Below, piece after piece: positions 36,561 through 58,645 of a stretch of 64,000 bases of DNA (position 1 is the stretch's first letter; every line of letters begins with the position of its first letter). A model generated the notes under the pieces. That model saw only the letters and a program-made list of their open reading frames with translations. It did not search any database and had not been told where the DNA came from. The DNA comes from Phoronis australis (lineage: Eukaryota > Animalia > Phoronida): contig NMRA01000344.1 of the NCBI GenBank assembly GCA_002633005.1, forward strand, positions 99,008 through 163,007, given 5' to 3'. A program made the translations under genes and the position numbers.

Positions 36561-39500
36561 TTACCTTTCTGTTGGTAAACAATTCATTTACTTGGTTTAT
36601 GTAGGCGGAAGTTGAACGCGAGTGAGTGTATACTGAAATCTCGCGAACGTCAGTAGGCCCTTCCGGCGTTTCACTCTTGCAAAAATGCCGCGTCCACTTC
36701 GCAGTGAAGTGTCTACGGCCATCTTGTCTTGAACCGGCTTTGACAGATGTGTCATCGTGAACACATTCCTGTGAGATCAAAAAGCATTTTTCGCCAAAGT
36801 TATTCCATCTCCATGGTGGGAGATTGTTCAAGGCTTGTAGCAAGATTGATTTATCGTTCACAGCAATGTTATTGGACATGGGAGAGCAGTCGTCATCAAG
36901 ACGGCTAGAATGCAAGTTTTCAATTTGGCCCAATAGAGGGTAAAACTTCCCTCCCCGGTATGGCGAGTGTACGGTAGGTGTCTTCCAATTAGATAACATA
37001 CACGCTACGAGATGCCTCAGTGAAGGCAAGCTGGTGTTTTGTATTTTGAGGCAAATTATGGAAAATATAAATTTTTGAGATTCTGAAAAAGTGTGCGTTC
37101 TTGATTTTTATCTCCATCAACCGTTTTCTACTAACATCTGAGTGATGGTCTTTTATTGAACAGAACTACAGTTGCTTGTTTCTTTGTCAAGTTTTCAGTT
37201 GATTGTCCACTTACTTTTGAATTGAAGTGGCAACACCACTGAAGTAACAGATGTCATTTGAAACAGCTTTAACTGGAAGACGTCTAAAGAAGGCAACAAA
37301 TGCAATTTTGTACAAACGTTATTTGTAGCATCATCAATGATCATGCCTGCAATGCGTTTTAGTCGTGTCCAAAAGGGGTCCCTACTGTCTTAGCATGACT
37401 TTTGTTGTATATTGTTAAAAATGGATGTCCACCTTATTGGTAGTCAGTAAAACAATTTGCTTACAACAGTGTATAAGTAAAACAACACGCCGTGAGTAAC
37501 TCTTGTCTATTAGATCACTGGGTCAGATAATAATAAATAACATTTTAACATTATCTACACAGATGTCCACATAAGCTTTACATTAGGTGCACCTTAATAT
37601 TTATTGATACGTTGTCAGAAAACTGTTAAAACTATGAAAAGGTGTTCTCAAAGATCACCATGGTTGAAAATCATAAATGACATTAAGAACATTTTGAATG
37701 TTTTTAAAATGGCGACTTAGCTGCCCAGCATTACATAAAAACCCCTGATAACGGAGTCCTATTAACTCAGAAGCCAGCCTCGTCGACACCTATTGGCAAA
37801 ATATTCTTAGATTATACAGAACATCAAAGCAATGAAACACTTAAATATGATATAGAATTAGCACAGTTGAAAAATGAAAACTAAGTACCATGTGAAATTT
37901 GTTGTTGCCTACTATTTAAAAGGACAACTTAAAAGTGGTAACCCTTGGCAAATCAGAAGATACACTACACATAGCAGAAAAATCTTGGAGCTCACTCACC
38001 AAACCTAATATTAAAAATTGGAAAGTATATTACAATAAAAATGAGAATGATACTGCCGAGACCAGATGAAATGACACAAAGCAGAAGCTCGTAAATTCTC
38101 TAAGCTTACTGGATTTTTAAGATGAAGACAGGTTTAAATCAGTTGTACCATATGAAATATAGAACCAGGTAAATTTAAAGCCTATCTTGAAAGGTAACAC
38201 TTGTAAATTTGAATACTGCAGTATATTAACAGCATCGCTCTGAGCCCACTAGTTCCATAAATTGTCAAATGTAACGAACCGTTACGCGTATTTGTTTGCT
38301 TTTGTCTACGTTACCGCGAGAATCCCTTTTTAATTCAAGCAGCTGCAAATATCACCGCTTGCTCGCAATGGTGTTCTATTCACAGACAGGCCTTCATTTA
38401 CGTGATTAAACTCAAGTTTTCTTATCTGCTACCTGGTTAGCCCAATACATCTAACATTATAACATTATTCTGTTGATGTTGGGCTTAAAGATGCAAACTC
38501 ACCAATTATCACTATGAATTTGGGTTCAAAACTGTGTTAGGAAAAAGCATTATAGAAAATGGCGAATGGACAAGAGTTAAATTATTAAGATTTCAAACAG
38601 CAAAGCTAAGATAGAACATTTCTAATACGAAAACATCAAACTCGTCAACTTTTCCTGTACTTCTCATCAAACAGAAGTATATATTGATGAATGCCACTCA
38701 TGGTGAAGCTTTTGACTAACCTATGCTAGAGAGAGAAGATTAGAAGTTTTGTTATTTTGAAGGTAAATTCACATACTACTTGTATTAATGCGATATCGTC
38801 AATTTAACAACGTCCCTGAGATAAACACAAGCTTGCCCAACAGAAAATGACTTTCAAACTCACCGGTTAAAATGTGTTAAAATATACAGTTATAAATACC
38901 CTTTAATACAGATGATTCCTACTTACAGTAAACACAACTGACAGCTCAATCAGCAAAACGACCTACTCCATCCAAGACTACTAAACACCAAACAAGTGGT
39001 CCCAAGCTGTTCTGCACTAAGATGGGAAGTGAGTTTCGGGTTTGCAAAGAGCTGGCAATTTTCTTCGAGACTATGCTCGGCCATTAAAACGACACGGCAC
39101 AGCAAGCAAACCTGCAGTTTGGTCAGCTCTATTGATGAGATCAATTTCATAATGCTAAGTGATCGAAATCAAGTTATTTGTGATTGAAGGTGTTTTTATA
39201 GACATTGATGGCCATGTGTAAGTGAAGTGCCTCTGTCAAACAGGTCGTCCTGAATAGAGTGGGCCCCTCGCACCATACTGTAGATACAACGTTCCACAGA
39301 AAATAGCATGGGGCACATTGATGAACATCATCTCAACAACTGAAAGGTGCAGCCTACAGGAATTAACAGTTCAGTATCAATTTGGAGTCGAGTTCGCCAC
39401 TAGCAAACTCATTCCAAATGTCAAGAAACAAAAACTTGGTTGGTTCTGGCAAGAGGAAGCTCCATTCAGAGCCCTGTAAACTATGGAATAAACAAAAAAC

Positions 39501-39704
39501 TAGGTGTGCACACTCTTTATACGAACTTGATGAAAGTGAACCAATTCACTCATAAGTCACACACCATGCCATTTGCAATCAGTTCAAACTGCCGTACAAC
39601 TCTTTATGCAGTTTATTATAGTGAACAGGGCTTCTAACAATCACTCTTAACTAGACAGGGTTCATCAACCTCTTCTGTGGCTACAAGCTGCAACAACCTT
39701 AATA

Positions 39705-41083
39705 AACAAGAGTAACGCAGAGCGTTGAAATGCACCCACGACGGTACCGCAAACAGTGTGCTTCTAGGGAGTGTATTTAGTACCTATAAATGGCCATTAG
39801 ATGGCACAGAATACATCGAACCCACTCAAAAATGGGAAGCTATCATCGTTTCTCAAAGCTATTTGCCAAATTTCATGAAAGTCCATCTAAAACCTGCAAA
39901 CTGTCACTGGGAACCACAGCCACAGGTGCAAAATTTGCACTAGGAGGCACCACAGTAGTCGGTGCCATTCAAAACTTATAGTCAGCTGTCCTCTTCCAAG
40001 TATGAACATAATACATAACAAATTTCACAATTATCCCAAAAGAGTGGTTTCACTAAAAACAGACTCAAATATAATAAAAACAACCACTAGGAGGTTTCAC
40101 TACGTCAAACCCACATTAAAACGGAAAGATGTCATAGCTAAACTGCAAAGATACCGAAAAAAACAGGAAAAGTTAGCACTAGGTGGAGCTACTGTACTTG
40201 GAGCTGACTGAAGATCATCGTAAGCAATCCTTTTCTCAGTAGGAATATATATGTCAATTTTTATAATGATCCTTGCAGTGGTTTGGCGAATAAACGGGGC
40301 ACATGGCTCAATACAGGATCGAAGGAAGTAAAAAATGGCCACTAGGTGGCGCAAAATATGTCAAATCCTTCCCAAAACAGAAACATGAAAATCCATACAG
40401 GAATTCCAAATAGGGGAAAATGGAAAAAAATTAAATTGCCACCAGAGGGCACAGCATTCACAGGATCCATCAGAAGGGTCACCGTGGTCTGTTGTCAACT
40501 TGATATAAACACTCTTGCTAAATTTAATAAAGATCCTACAATGGGTTTAGGAGATACAGCTATGGGCGCAAAAAAATAAAACTGTCACAAGGAGACGCCA
40601 CAGTAGTTGAACTCGTAATAAAATCATCGTCAACCATCCTTTTCACACTCAGATCATATATGCCAATTTTCACTATCATCCTTAGAGTGGTTTGGTTAAT
40701 AGAAGGGCAGATGCCAAAAAACAGATTCCAGAACAGTAAAAATGAACACAAGGTGGTGCAAACTACCTCAAATCCATCCAAAAACATGAGAATAGTGTCA
40801 CCTCACTAATACATGCCTATGGTCCAAATTTCCTGAAAATTCATTGGCGACCTTTGAAGATACAGAAGTAAACATAAAAAAACTAAAATTGCCAGTAAAG
40901 AGCACACCAGTAGTCGGATCCGTCCGAAATTCGAAGTCATCTGTCATCAGCTTGATAGGAACACATCTGCCATCTGCCAAATCTCATCAAGATCCTGTGA
41001 GGAATTTAAGAGATACAGTTGCGGACGCTAGATGCTCGGACAGAGATGGCAGCAATATGCACCCACATATGTGGGCGCATAAA
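39705..41083 (+). mobile_element. Helitron/Helentron-like non-autonomous element
   Basis: Starts AACAAGAG...AATGCACCCAC and ends in hairpin ATGCACCCACATATGTGGGCGCAT plus an A-run; ~240-bp internal subrepeats. Confidence 0.65.
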
Positions 41084-41177
41084 AACTCTAAACAGAACCA
41101 ACAAAGTTGTTTGCCAAACAAATATTTACAAGAGTTGTCAAAGATGTGTGACTCCACCCATTTTAGCATTGTCAAGG

Positions 41178-49131
<7,954 letters not shown>

Positions 49132-49262
49132 GTCGACTCTAGTGAACCTAAAACTCCATTTGGATCGACAGCTTACATTAAAACCGAACAAAGGGGTGTC
49201 ACTGCACCCAATAATATTCTAGTAAATAAAAAATGTTTATCGTCAGCCGACAGCCGCGAGAA

Positions 49263-49309
49263 TTTCGCGGGAAATATATCACGTGACGTCTTTGAAGCTA
49301 CATCATTGG
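49263..49309 (-). promoter_or_regulatory. CDK2 proximal promoter motif cluster
   Basis: Two-way E2F-like TTTCGCGGGAAA (49263-74), E-box TCACGTGA (49279-86) overlapping a CRE-like TGACGTC, CHR-like TTTGAA (49291-96) and CCAAT (49305-09). All lie 130-180 nt upstream of the ATG. Confidence 0.7.
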
Positions 49310-50395
49310 TTCGTTTTGGTGGTAAACTGCCTTGTGGAACAGCTGATTGTTTGTGTTGTCATGAGAGGTATTCTTCGAACTCGGAGGTACTCGGCTATAA
49401 AATTTTCGGCTTGGAACTTACCAGTATAAAATAAAAACATCCACCCATTTAGATTACGAATTTAAAAAGTGAATAAATAACTTGTAGGAATCTTCCATGA
49501 AATAGTCGCCTTTTATGTTCCAAGACCGGCGTATAGAGGAAATGTATGCCGAAGTGCTAGTCTACCGTTGAAATACGAGTATCTGCCACAGGCGGATCCA
49601 ACGCTAAATCGTCGTGAGAGACCGCCCGGAGTTGTTATACGTATGGTGCAACTCCGGACGGTCTGGGGTCAACAGAAAATCACGGTTCAACTGTGAGTCT
49701 ACACCAATGTGATAAGCGAGAGTAGTTTACTTGCTTCGTCAGCTGCAGGTATGCTTATCTCTTTTATGACACACAATGTGCGACTGGGCAAAGTGTTTTC
49801 AAAATAATGTAGATAAATCAGTGGAGCGTGAGACCCCTGAGGTCCCTGTCAAGTCCTCACGACAATTCATGTACGGGGGTTCGGGGTTTAAACTAACCCC
49901 CCCCCCCCTTTAATTGGGACAGGATCAAAAAACAAAAAATGAAAAAACGTCGCCAGCAAAAAAATAAAACGACGCTGCCAGCGTGGATAAACCCCGAGTA
50001 AACTACCTCGAAAAATTGAGGGGGTTAACCCTGGAAATAATTTCTTTGCATTGTGATTTACTATAATAACGAAAAGCAACGCGCATTTCGAGTTTTCAGT
50101 CGTGTCTCATCAGCTGGTCGCACGGAGTTCAGATTGTGCGCGCGCTTCCGTCGACACTTCGGAAGTAGCCAAGCACTTTAGATGGATTCACCACGGAAAA
50201 GGCAAACATCTATAGGTGATTTTTTTTAGGTAACTACATGGGCGGCGCATCAAAGAGGGTTGGGGGGTCCTAGCCCACTCCCCTCTCCCACTTTTTTCAG
50301 TGCTGTGCAGCCCGTGAAGTAGCGTCTTTACTCTAAGATATGTTTTGATGTGACTAGGGAAAATACTGTTGCACCGCAATCCTGATAATCAGGTG

Positions 50396-50576
50396 CATTG
50401 CGCGCACCCAGGGGGGGCTCGGGGCGCTCGAACGAGGAAAAAGTCCACTAAAAATCCGCAGACGCACAGTGTGCCCCGTTTTCTTTTTATCCTGCCCATA
50501 TTTTGTCGGGTCCACATCGACAGAAATTCGAGTCNCCCCCCCCCCCCCCCCCTATTGAAGGCTGGGTGCGCGCATG
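50396..50576. mobile_element. MITE family B with 5-bp TSD
   Basis: AGGTG[CATTGCGCGCACCCAG...CTGGGTGCGCGCATG]AGGTG; relative at 56992-57178. Confidence 0.8.
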
Positions 50577-50859
50577 AGGTGAATCGACGTGCAACGTGTT
50601 TACCTCATCTGTCATGCCTATTAGTATTACACTCCGTCCGTTTGTAACTTGAATTAATTTGACTGGTGTGTAATAAAGTTGTCTTGCTCAATAATTAATC
50701 ACACAGTGTACATGTAATGTGTTCATTTTAAAAAACGATCAACTCGTTTCCGACGAATTGTTTGGCCCTATAGTAAGGACCGTTGTGGCGGGCACTCTGG
50801 TTTGGTCGCAAGTCCGGTCCAAGATACACCCTAGGAAGTTAGTCCTATACAAGGAATTC

Positions 50860-51340
50860 GAATGAACCCGTGGGGGGTGCACTTACATTGACAATGTGAC
50901 CGCATTCGCGAACAGCGTTACAACTTCGGGTTTCAAGGGTTCAGACATTGGTACGTTTATGTGGAAATTTGCAAGAGATGCAAATTTGTCCTGGTATACA
51001 TTGTTTTTGACAAAAGCTCATGGTTTGAAGCAGTGCATGAGGAACGGGTCAAATATTTGCTCTTGTAACTTTTTCTTCTTTTTTTCCTTTTTTTGAATGG
51101 ACTTGGCAACCTCAAGGGGCTTAGTGCCAAGCTGCAAAACGAGATGCTTGCATTGTAGAGCCTTACAAGCTCATTGACACAGCAGTTGACGAAGTGCAAG
51201 CACTAACTGGGAACGAAAATCGAAGATGTCTGGGTTGAATGGTTCCAAGACGCGCAAACCATAGCTGAGATCCGATATCCAGATTCCTCCGCAGTCCAGG
51301 CAACAGAAGCACAGGGCTAATGCAGAAATATCCAGGTAAT
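50860..51340 (+). pseudogene. Frameshifted hAT transposase fragment (P52rIPK/ZMYM-like)
   Basis: Pieces read W...TKAHGL, NGLGNLKGLSAKLQ, YKLIDTAVDEVQAL, VWVEWFQDAQTIAE and RQQKHRANA. Confidence 0.5.
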
Positions 51341-52017
51341 AAATCATAATTCTACATGTTTTGTACATTAAATAATGTCTGTTTTCTGACATACACTTTC
51401 CTTTGATTTTTGTTTACAATGAAACGAAATGGAAATTATTTTCCCACATGTCAAATTTACCCAGTAAAGCACAAGGTCTACGAAAGCACAGAAACTTATT
51501 CTAGTTTGCATTCCACTTGGCTCTTTAACTGCTTCGTAACCAAATCTATGTCACCTAGAGCCTAGCTGAATTTGCTGTCAATGACTCGTTTCTTCCAGGG
51601 AGTACTACAGAAGAACAATGGGAATACCCTTCCTAGACAACCTCTCACAGAAGTTGACAACCAGGTCTTAGAAAGACAACATTCAGGTGGAACCTGTCAT
51701 TTCTTGTGCCATTAGTGGTTGCATCGCCAGATTCCTTGAAGGTGACTGACTCCCTTCTGGCTGGCATTTTGAGTAACACGTTGTGTCTTCTGTTAAATTA
51801 CCGATTGCCCTTTGTAATAGTAGAAACGTTAAACGTATCAATATCTTTTGCTCTCGTTTCAGCGATAACTCCAACACTGACGGTCCTTCTGGAATGCTCA
51901 AAGTCGAGAGGAACTGCCAAGTAACTTGCGTTCTACATTCAAGCACGCACACGGACTATCTTCTCATACAGTGTACGTCAGGGAGCTGATATTGATAGGA
52001 TGGGGACCCCCCCCCCC

Positions 52018-52977
52018 NTCGCCCCGATTGGCGCTACGCCCTTCAATGGAATTCCCGCTTTGCGCGAATCCTAAACCACCCGCCTTACTGAAAACATAGA
52101 TCCGCCACTGTCTGCTATGGTTGAATTAACAGATATGCAAAATGCAGTAGGCCTTCACTTTTCTCAAACCCAAGTCTGTTTCATTATGACGGGCGGATCC
52201 TCACTCCTTGGTTGGGGCACCGCCCCCCGCCACCGACGGAACAGTCGATGGTTAATAAGCCAATTGGACCTGTAATGACAATCAATATTACCAAATAATT
52301 TTCCCACTTGTGTGTTTTTCTCCATTTATTTGTAAAAATTCAAGTGAACAACCGGACGGTGCCATAGCCTGGCATGATTGAAAACATGGATGCCTTGCAT
52401 GAGTAATCGCGCCTCCATATAACCCGCCGCCGGGAAAAATTAAAATTGCACGACCCCTGGAAACTCATGATTTTCAACTTCATAAAATAGACGCNCCGAC
52501 CTCGCCCCGATTGGCGCTACGCCCTTCAATGGAATTCCCGCTTTGTGCGAATCCTAAACCACCCGCCTTACTGAAAACATAGATCCGCCACTGTCTGCTA
52601 TGGTTGAATTAACAGATATGCAAAATGCAGTAGGCCTTCACTTTTCTCAAACCCAAGTCTGTTTCATTATGACGGGCGGATCCTCACTCCTTGGCTGGGG
52701 CACCGCCCCCCGCCACCGACGGAACAGTCGATGGTTAATAAGCCAATTGGACCTGTAATGACAATCAATATTACCAAATAATTTTCCCACTTGTGTGTTT
52801 TTCTCCATTTATTTGTAAAAATTCAAGTGAACAACCGGACGGTTCCATAGCCTGGCATGATTGAAAACATGGATGCCTTGCATGCGTAATCGCGCCTCCA
52901 CATAACCCGCCGCCGAGAAAAAATTAAAATTGCATGGCCCCTGGAAACTTGTGATTTTCAACTTCATAAAATAGACA
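52018..52977. repeat. Near-perfect ~480-bp tandem duplication, likely an uncollapsed haplotype
   Basis: Both copies start at a single N (52018, 52495) and differ by a few SNPs. Confidence 0.85.
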
Positions 52978-55227
52978 CTCATATGAAAAAGAAATATTTT
53001 GAATGAGATTCTGTAAAAGTGACTTTATTTGAGAAGGCATTGTGCAGATAGACTGCTGAGGCAGATGAATCTGCATTCCATTTATTTTTTGGTCATGCTA
53101 AGTCACAGGTTTGGTGGTAGTTTTGAGGTTTAAACTACGAGTACGTTCATCCTACGAACCAGCACTGGCACCTAGATTCAAAATTCTTCAAAACTGCGGA
53201 TTCTCTGTAGCATCGGTGCTTTAAATTTACTCTTCTGGGACCAACTGTTGCGGCATCAGCTATCCCTCAACTAAAAAACTTGCAAAAAGATTCTATTGGA
53301 AGGCATCTATTTAAGGAATTTGTAGTAATTTTTCCTTGAGAATCTAATATCGGCTCGTCCCGACCATTCTAAGAGAAATGGTGGCTTGGCTGTGAATGTC
53401 GTAAGGGCCAGTGGAGGAGTTGGGCGGTGTTGAGATGTTAGTAAAGAAAAATTCGTAGCTTCTAAAAACTACATGCTTATTACTCTGATGCAGTGTACTA
53501 TGCCTACCATGTCTTGATGTGTAAAATATTTTATTGGGATTGAACTACATTAAAGCAGACTAAAAACCATTAAATACAGTAGATGGACACATGAAGTAAA
53601 TAAGATGCTGCCAGTGATTAATAATGTTCCTCGAAAATACAAATCCGAATAACAGAATGTACACTGCCATCATTTCCTATAGTCAATCATACAAGGATAC
53701 CACAATGCCTGAGTCGTTTTTTTCAGTCGTCCTGCGGACGTACATGTATGTGCCCTCACGGTTGCGGAGAGTCGCTATCACATAGAGTACAAATTAGCTT
53801 CATAGTACACACGCTACTGTTGAGAAAAATTAGTGATTGTTTATGGATTCCATGGAAATATTTAGGGAGCTTAAGTGGGGTTGACGCTCGTCCCCAAATT
53901 CTGCCCACTCCTCGCTTTTTACTCTACATCAGCAAATGTGAATTTAGGGGAGCCAGGATCCCCCCTCCCACTGACGAGAAAACACAGTCAGCTGGCATAC
54001 TGATTATGGGGCGAGTTTGCAGCAAAGGATTCGAGGAGACTCAAACAATCTCAGTTGGCGCCTGTGCGGTAACTATATATTTGACATACCTTAACATTTA
54101 AAATGAAGGACAGTCACCACAAACTGATTCTAGACCACTCAGGTATTAAAACTTGAGGTCAAGCCACCACCAACAGGACGTGTGCCTTAATTCTTTCAAA
54201 AATTTGAATTAGCCACCCCGCTCCCCATTTGACGAAGTGTGCAAAAAGGTCCGCCTCAGACAAACAAAAAGTCCGACACTATAGAAAACGAAATAGGCAG
54301 ATGCACAATTCATGGCTCTGAAAGTACCCCGTTTTTTGTTTACTTTTTTTTAGAGTCCTCTCCCGCATATTTTAGGCTGGGCGCACGCCTGGTCTTCAAC
54401 CATAGCTAGGAGTTACTTCTTAGTAAGAGTATCATTCGCAGATATTGCATGTAGTCTTCACTAACAATTACATCACCTTACAAAAACAACAAAAATGTGC
54501 TGAAACTGGCTTTAACAAGTTAGTTTTTTTTGTTTCAAAACTTTTAAAATAGTTGTGTGGAAGCTTTTTTGCTTACCATTTGAGGTGTAACAGTTTTATA
54601 TTGGTGAAGCTTTAAACACATGCCAAAAATGCATTGTTTTTAAATGCCGTGGTTACGCTTGAGGTGGCGCTGTGAGAGGTCATTTAATAGAAAGATTTGT
54701 GCCTTTTGATTCGATTTTTATTCTCTGAGAATTAGTGACCTTATTCTCTCCACGATATTGTGTTGTTTGCTAGCAATCAAGAAACACAAAGAAAATGTGA
54801 CCATCAGATTACTAGTACTAGAGTTTTACAGAGTGGACTCCACTCCGAAGATTTATAGCCAGATCATTAGGAATAGGGCAGAGAGGAAGGGGTGCCCCAA
54901 GAAGGTTACACCCCGTGTTATATTGGGAAAGCAGATGTATTGTTTCTGTAAATTTCAAGAGGTGTGACAGATGGTATGTAGCCTGGCAAGCTATACCAAT
55001 TTGCAACGGTCTTATTCGAAGAAAACCATTATTTTTAAAATCTGTCCTGTTTACGTGTATAAGACGATGGTCTTCTGGTGCTGACAATGCCTGGGTATGT
55101 ATCTTGTACATGTAGGATAGGACAGACAGATTTTGTGACCATTGACGTTTGTCATATTTATATAGTGGTGGCGCGTTGTCAATTACAGGATATACCCTGA
55201 AATATAATATAGGCCTATGTACTAGTA

Positions 55228-55302
55228 AGAGGCAGTGTGGCCTGGTTGATAACTGCCCGCTTTCTTTACTCGAGGTCGTGGGTTCAAGTCCCACCAGGTC
55301 AC
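55228..55302 (+). mobile_element. tRNA-derived SINE head
   Basis: A-box-like TGGCCTGGTTG and B box in T-arm GTGGGTTCAAGTCCCAC; no valid anticodon or acceptor stems. Confidence 0.6.
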
Positions 55303-55606
55303 ATTGTTTAACCCCTGAGCCAGGTTTCTAGCTCGGTTTTAACCATATATTAATAAAGCATAAAAATATTTCCAGGTGATCAGTGCAATGGGCCCACATG
55401 CGAGGCCTGTGCACGTCTGGTACAACGTGTGTCAGACCGCCTGCAATTATTTTTCATATGTACTAGTACCAGAATTGCGTGCCAGTAAAACGTTGGATCA
55501 AACTGAATGATTATAATAGAGATGGCTGAAATCTGACATTTGCTGAAATAGAGTGCATGTACTGGTACAGTAATTCTGTCCGAGCTTGACATATCCTGTT
55601 TGTCAC

Positions 55607-56717
55607 AGTGTGTATTTACTGTGTGATGGGGATATTTTCAGATAAATCGAATCTTTAATCGTTGAAATGGTTTCCGTATCTCAGTGTGGTTGTTTCTGTA
55701 TGTGTGATTTTTTGTTGTCCTCCTTCTGGATGCCAATCAGATTGAAGTGTATGTTTGTTATTGACAGAAAAAAATGTACATGTAGGTGTGCAACTCCCCA
55801 CCTCATGGTCGGATTCGTTGATTGGACAGGTGTAAAACTTCCTAAAGCCTTTTTATTTCTCTGGATACACCTATACACTTGTATTGCAGTCGTCGTGTTT
55901 TTTTTTACTACAGAATCTACGACACAACGGTTTGAGTTTTGAGACTATATAGATTCAAATGGAGCAAACTATTAATTACGTCCTCTGACACACCGCCACC
56001 TATACAGAGAAGTGGTCCAGTAGAATCATGATGAGCGACACACAGAATTCCGCGTGTGGGCATCAATGCGCATGATCAGGTCGGAAGTTTATCGATCACA
56101 TCGCAACCACTTGCACACGCTTTTATGCACTGTACTTGTTTGGGCTCAAGCCACTGGATCGGGGTTCCCTTGATTTTGTTTACTTCAATCACTACAGTTT
56201 TAACAAATTGTAACTATCCAAGTCGAAAATAGTCACCATACTACGTATAACAGTAAACTGAAAGGGGGGTTTCCCAGATTTCAATCAATGGGAATGACTG
56301 AATGTTATGACGTCGGTTTCATCACTTTAACCAATGAAAAGCAAGCACCCCCTACATGCGCTTTGTGAAAAAAAAAAAACATGTCGATGTAATTATCATT
56401 CCTTGGTATAATCTGAAGTAGATTCGGGAAACTGGATCCGTGTAATTGCAAACTTCGACCTCCGGCTTAAGACCGCCCAGCAGTGGTGTTCAACTAGGAA
56501 AGATCATCAAATTTAGCTGAGTGAGCCTTTAGGTCAGGAACTATTTATTGTGTAGACCTACCGGACGAACTAACGCTGACAATCTGATTGGCCAACCAGA
56601 AGGAGGACAACAAAAAATCACACATACAGAAACAACCACACTGAGATACGGAAACCATTTCAAAGATTAAAGATTCGATTTATTTCAAAGTATCACCATC
56701 GCACAGTAAACACAGCC
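55607..56717. mobile_element. Non-autonomous element with ~135-bp terminal inverted repeats
   Basis: 55610-55745 is the reverse complement of 56580-56715. Confidence 0.8.
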
Positions 56718-56991
56718 TAGACTGAAAACTTTGGGAAATCAGTGATTCACTGGCACGTCGGAGAGCGGACCCCTTGACCGATGATCGTCTTGTCGGTTTG
56801 TAAACAACTGAAAAATAGATTGTATATTATTATACCGACGAATAAGGTTAATGGCTGTATATTCCCACGAGGTATAAAGGAATCTTTCTCAAACTTTATA
56901 AATCAATGTCTACATTTCGGTGATTGTCTTTTTGATTGAGCCGGCAAAACCTCCCAGACCCCAGCAGCTCTTCGTGAAATTTCAGCCAAAA

Positions 56992-57178
56992 TATGCGCGC
57001 ACCTAGGGGGGCTCGAATGAAGTGAGCAAAAAGGTCCGCCAAAGAGAAACGAAAAGTCCGAGAAAACGAGACATAGCTCTGAACGTTTTTTTTTTAGTCA
57101 CCCTTATATTTTTGTTAGCAAAAGGTTCACATTGTCGAAAATTCGAGCCCCCTATATTCTAGGATGGGTGCGTGCATG
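56992..57178. mobile_element. MITE family B
   Basis: TATGCGCGCACCTAG...TGGGTGCGTGCATG; flanks CAAAA/CAAAG. Confidence 0.7.
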
Positions 57179-57827
57179 CAAAGCATTAGAAATTTTGTCT
57201 GTGCAATGCGTGGGTCACATGTTTACACTGCTTAATGTAATCAGTATTTTATAACCTTGTAAGTATTCAAAATTTCAAATTTTATTCTGAAAATTCCCCG
57301 GCTTGTTCAAGCCAGCATGTTTTTAATTACACTTTCCACCACCAATATGGCGGACCGCGTGGCACGCGCTGACTCGCTTGCGTATGGAACGCCCCTAGCG
57401 TCACCTTGTGACGGGTCTTTTCTGACACGTGACGAGTCATTTCTGACACGCTGACGCGTCAATGATGCTGTCGAACTCGTGTGGATGTTCTTAAAAGAAC
57501 CAATCAGTGTTAAGGTTTTACAGCATGTTGACTAAACCAATGAGATCGTCATGTTTTGAGGTGACTGACAAGAACAAAGGCTGTCAATCATATATCGACT
57601 TAGTATTCCAAGAGACAAAAACAGGAGTTATTGAACACGGAAGTGTCCCGGAAATGTGCATTCGGGATGGCTTCAAGGAATTTGTACGATCAGCAAGTAC
57701 TAATAACGAAGATGGGTACGGCGACGACAATTTCTTGTGATGGTGCATTCCAGGAATTCCTTTCACCAAACATGAGTACGACCAACAGCAAAGCGTAAGC
57801 GCGTGTCGGCGAGTGCAAAAGAGTTAA

Positions 57828-58456
57828 AGGCGAATGCCACCCGATTTAATTAGTCTTTTTTGCCGTCTTAATCGGTCTGTTTCCACATCGCCTCGCATAC
57901 GGTCGACCGTACCTTGCCAAGAGGTGTCGCGTTAACCTGTGAGGAAGGTGAGAAACGACGCTAGCGACGTCAACGGTTCATAAGCAGAGTGAATGCCGCG
58001 GTATATCGTTCCCGCTTGTCTAGGTTCTCCTGTCTGTATCTCACGGAAAATACTTCGAAATTATCTTCGAACACACCGCAAACTCCTGGCTGCTACGGAC
58101 AGATATTGGCCTGCCGATTTTTGTAGGCTACGGTGTGTCCAAATACCAATAAATCCCTAAGAGCGAAATGAAACAACACGTTTTTGTAAGAATTCGGTGT
58201 ATTTTTAAGGGTTTTACATCGAACTTTGATGATTTATTGGTGCTAAACGATGATTCCAAGCCATAAGCTGACACCAGTAACCCGTGTTGTGAACTGCTGA
58301 ACAGAATGCGTGTGAAACCGATGACGTAATTGTATAATTTCAACACCTCCGTCTGCCGTCAGGTGTCAGGTAACGCAAGCTCACGTGTCGTTATGGAGTA
58401 GAACTACTCGATCTAAATTGATACAAATTAGGTTGTTTTTTGGGTGGCATGCTCCT
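57828..58456. mobile_element. Kolobok-type non-autonomous transposon
   Basis: TTAA[AGGCGAATGCCACCC...GGGTGGCATGCTCCT]TTAA. Confidence 0.85.
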
Positions 58457-58466
58457 TTAAGCCAAC

Positions 58467-58645
58467 ATGGCGGTCAGAAGAAGCGCGACATTTATAATGG
58501 AACTTCGTGGTGCAAGCTTGTGTACTGGGATCGATGTCACGATGTCTGAATTTGTTGTCGATTGTAAACGTGACCTGGAGTGTTGGTGTAGACATATTTC
58601 AATGGAACAAGTGTTGCAAGAAACCGTCACTTTAGTGAAAGCGAA
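58467..58645 (+). CDS. Candidate first exon of an unidentified plus-strand gene
   Basis: Strong Kozak context gccaacATGGcg, open 59 codons, donor AA|GTAAGT. No domain confidently recognised. Confidence 0.3.

Noticed and set aside
36556-37029. 157-aa ORF
   Set aside because: No recognisable motif or convincing splice structure.
49600-49755. Head-to-head gene opposite CDK2 (CAG|GTATGC donor)
   Set aside because: Only a donor-like site; no supportable ORF or downstream exons.
52018-52977. Biological tandem duplication
   Set aside because: Both copies start at single-N scaffold joins and are nearly identical; likely allelic contigs placed side by side.
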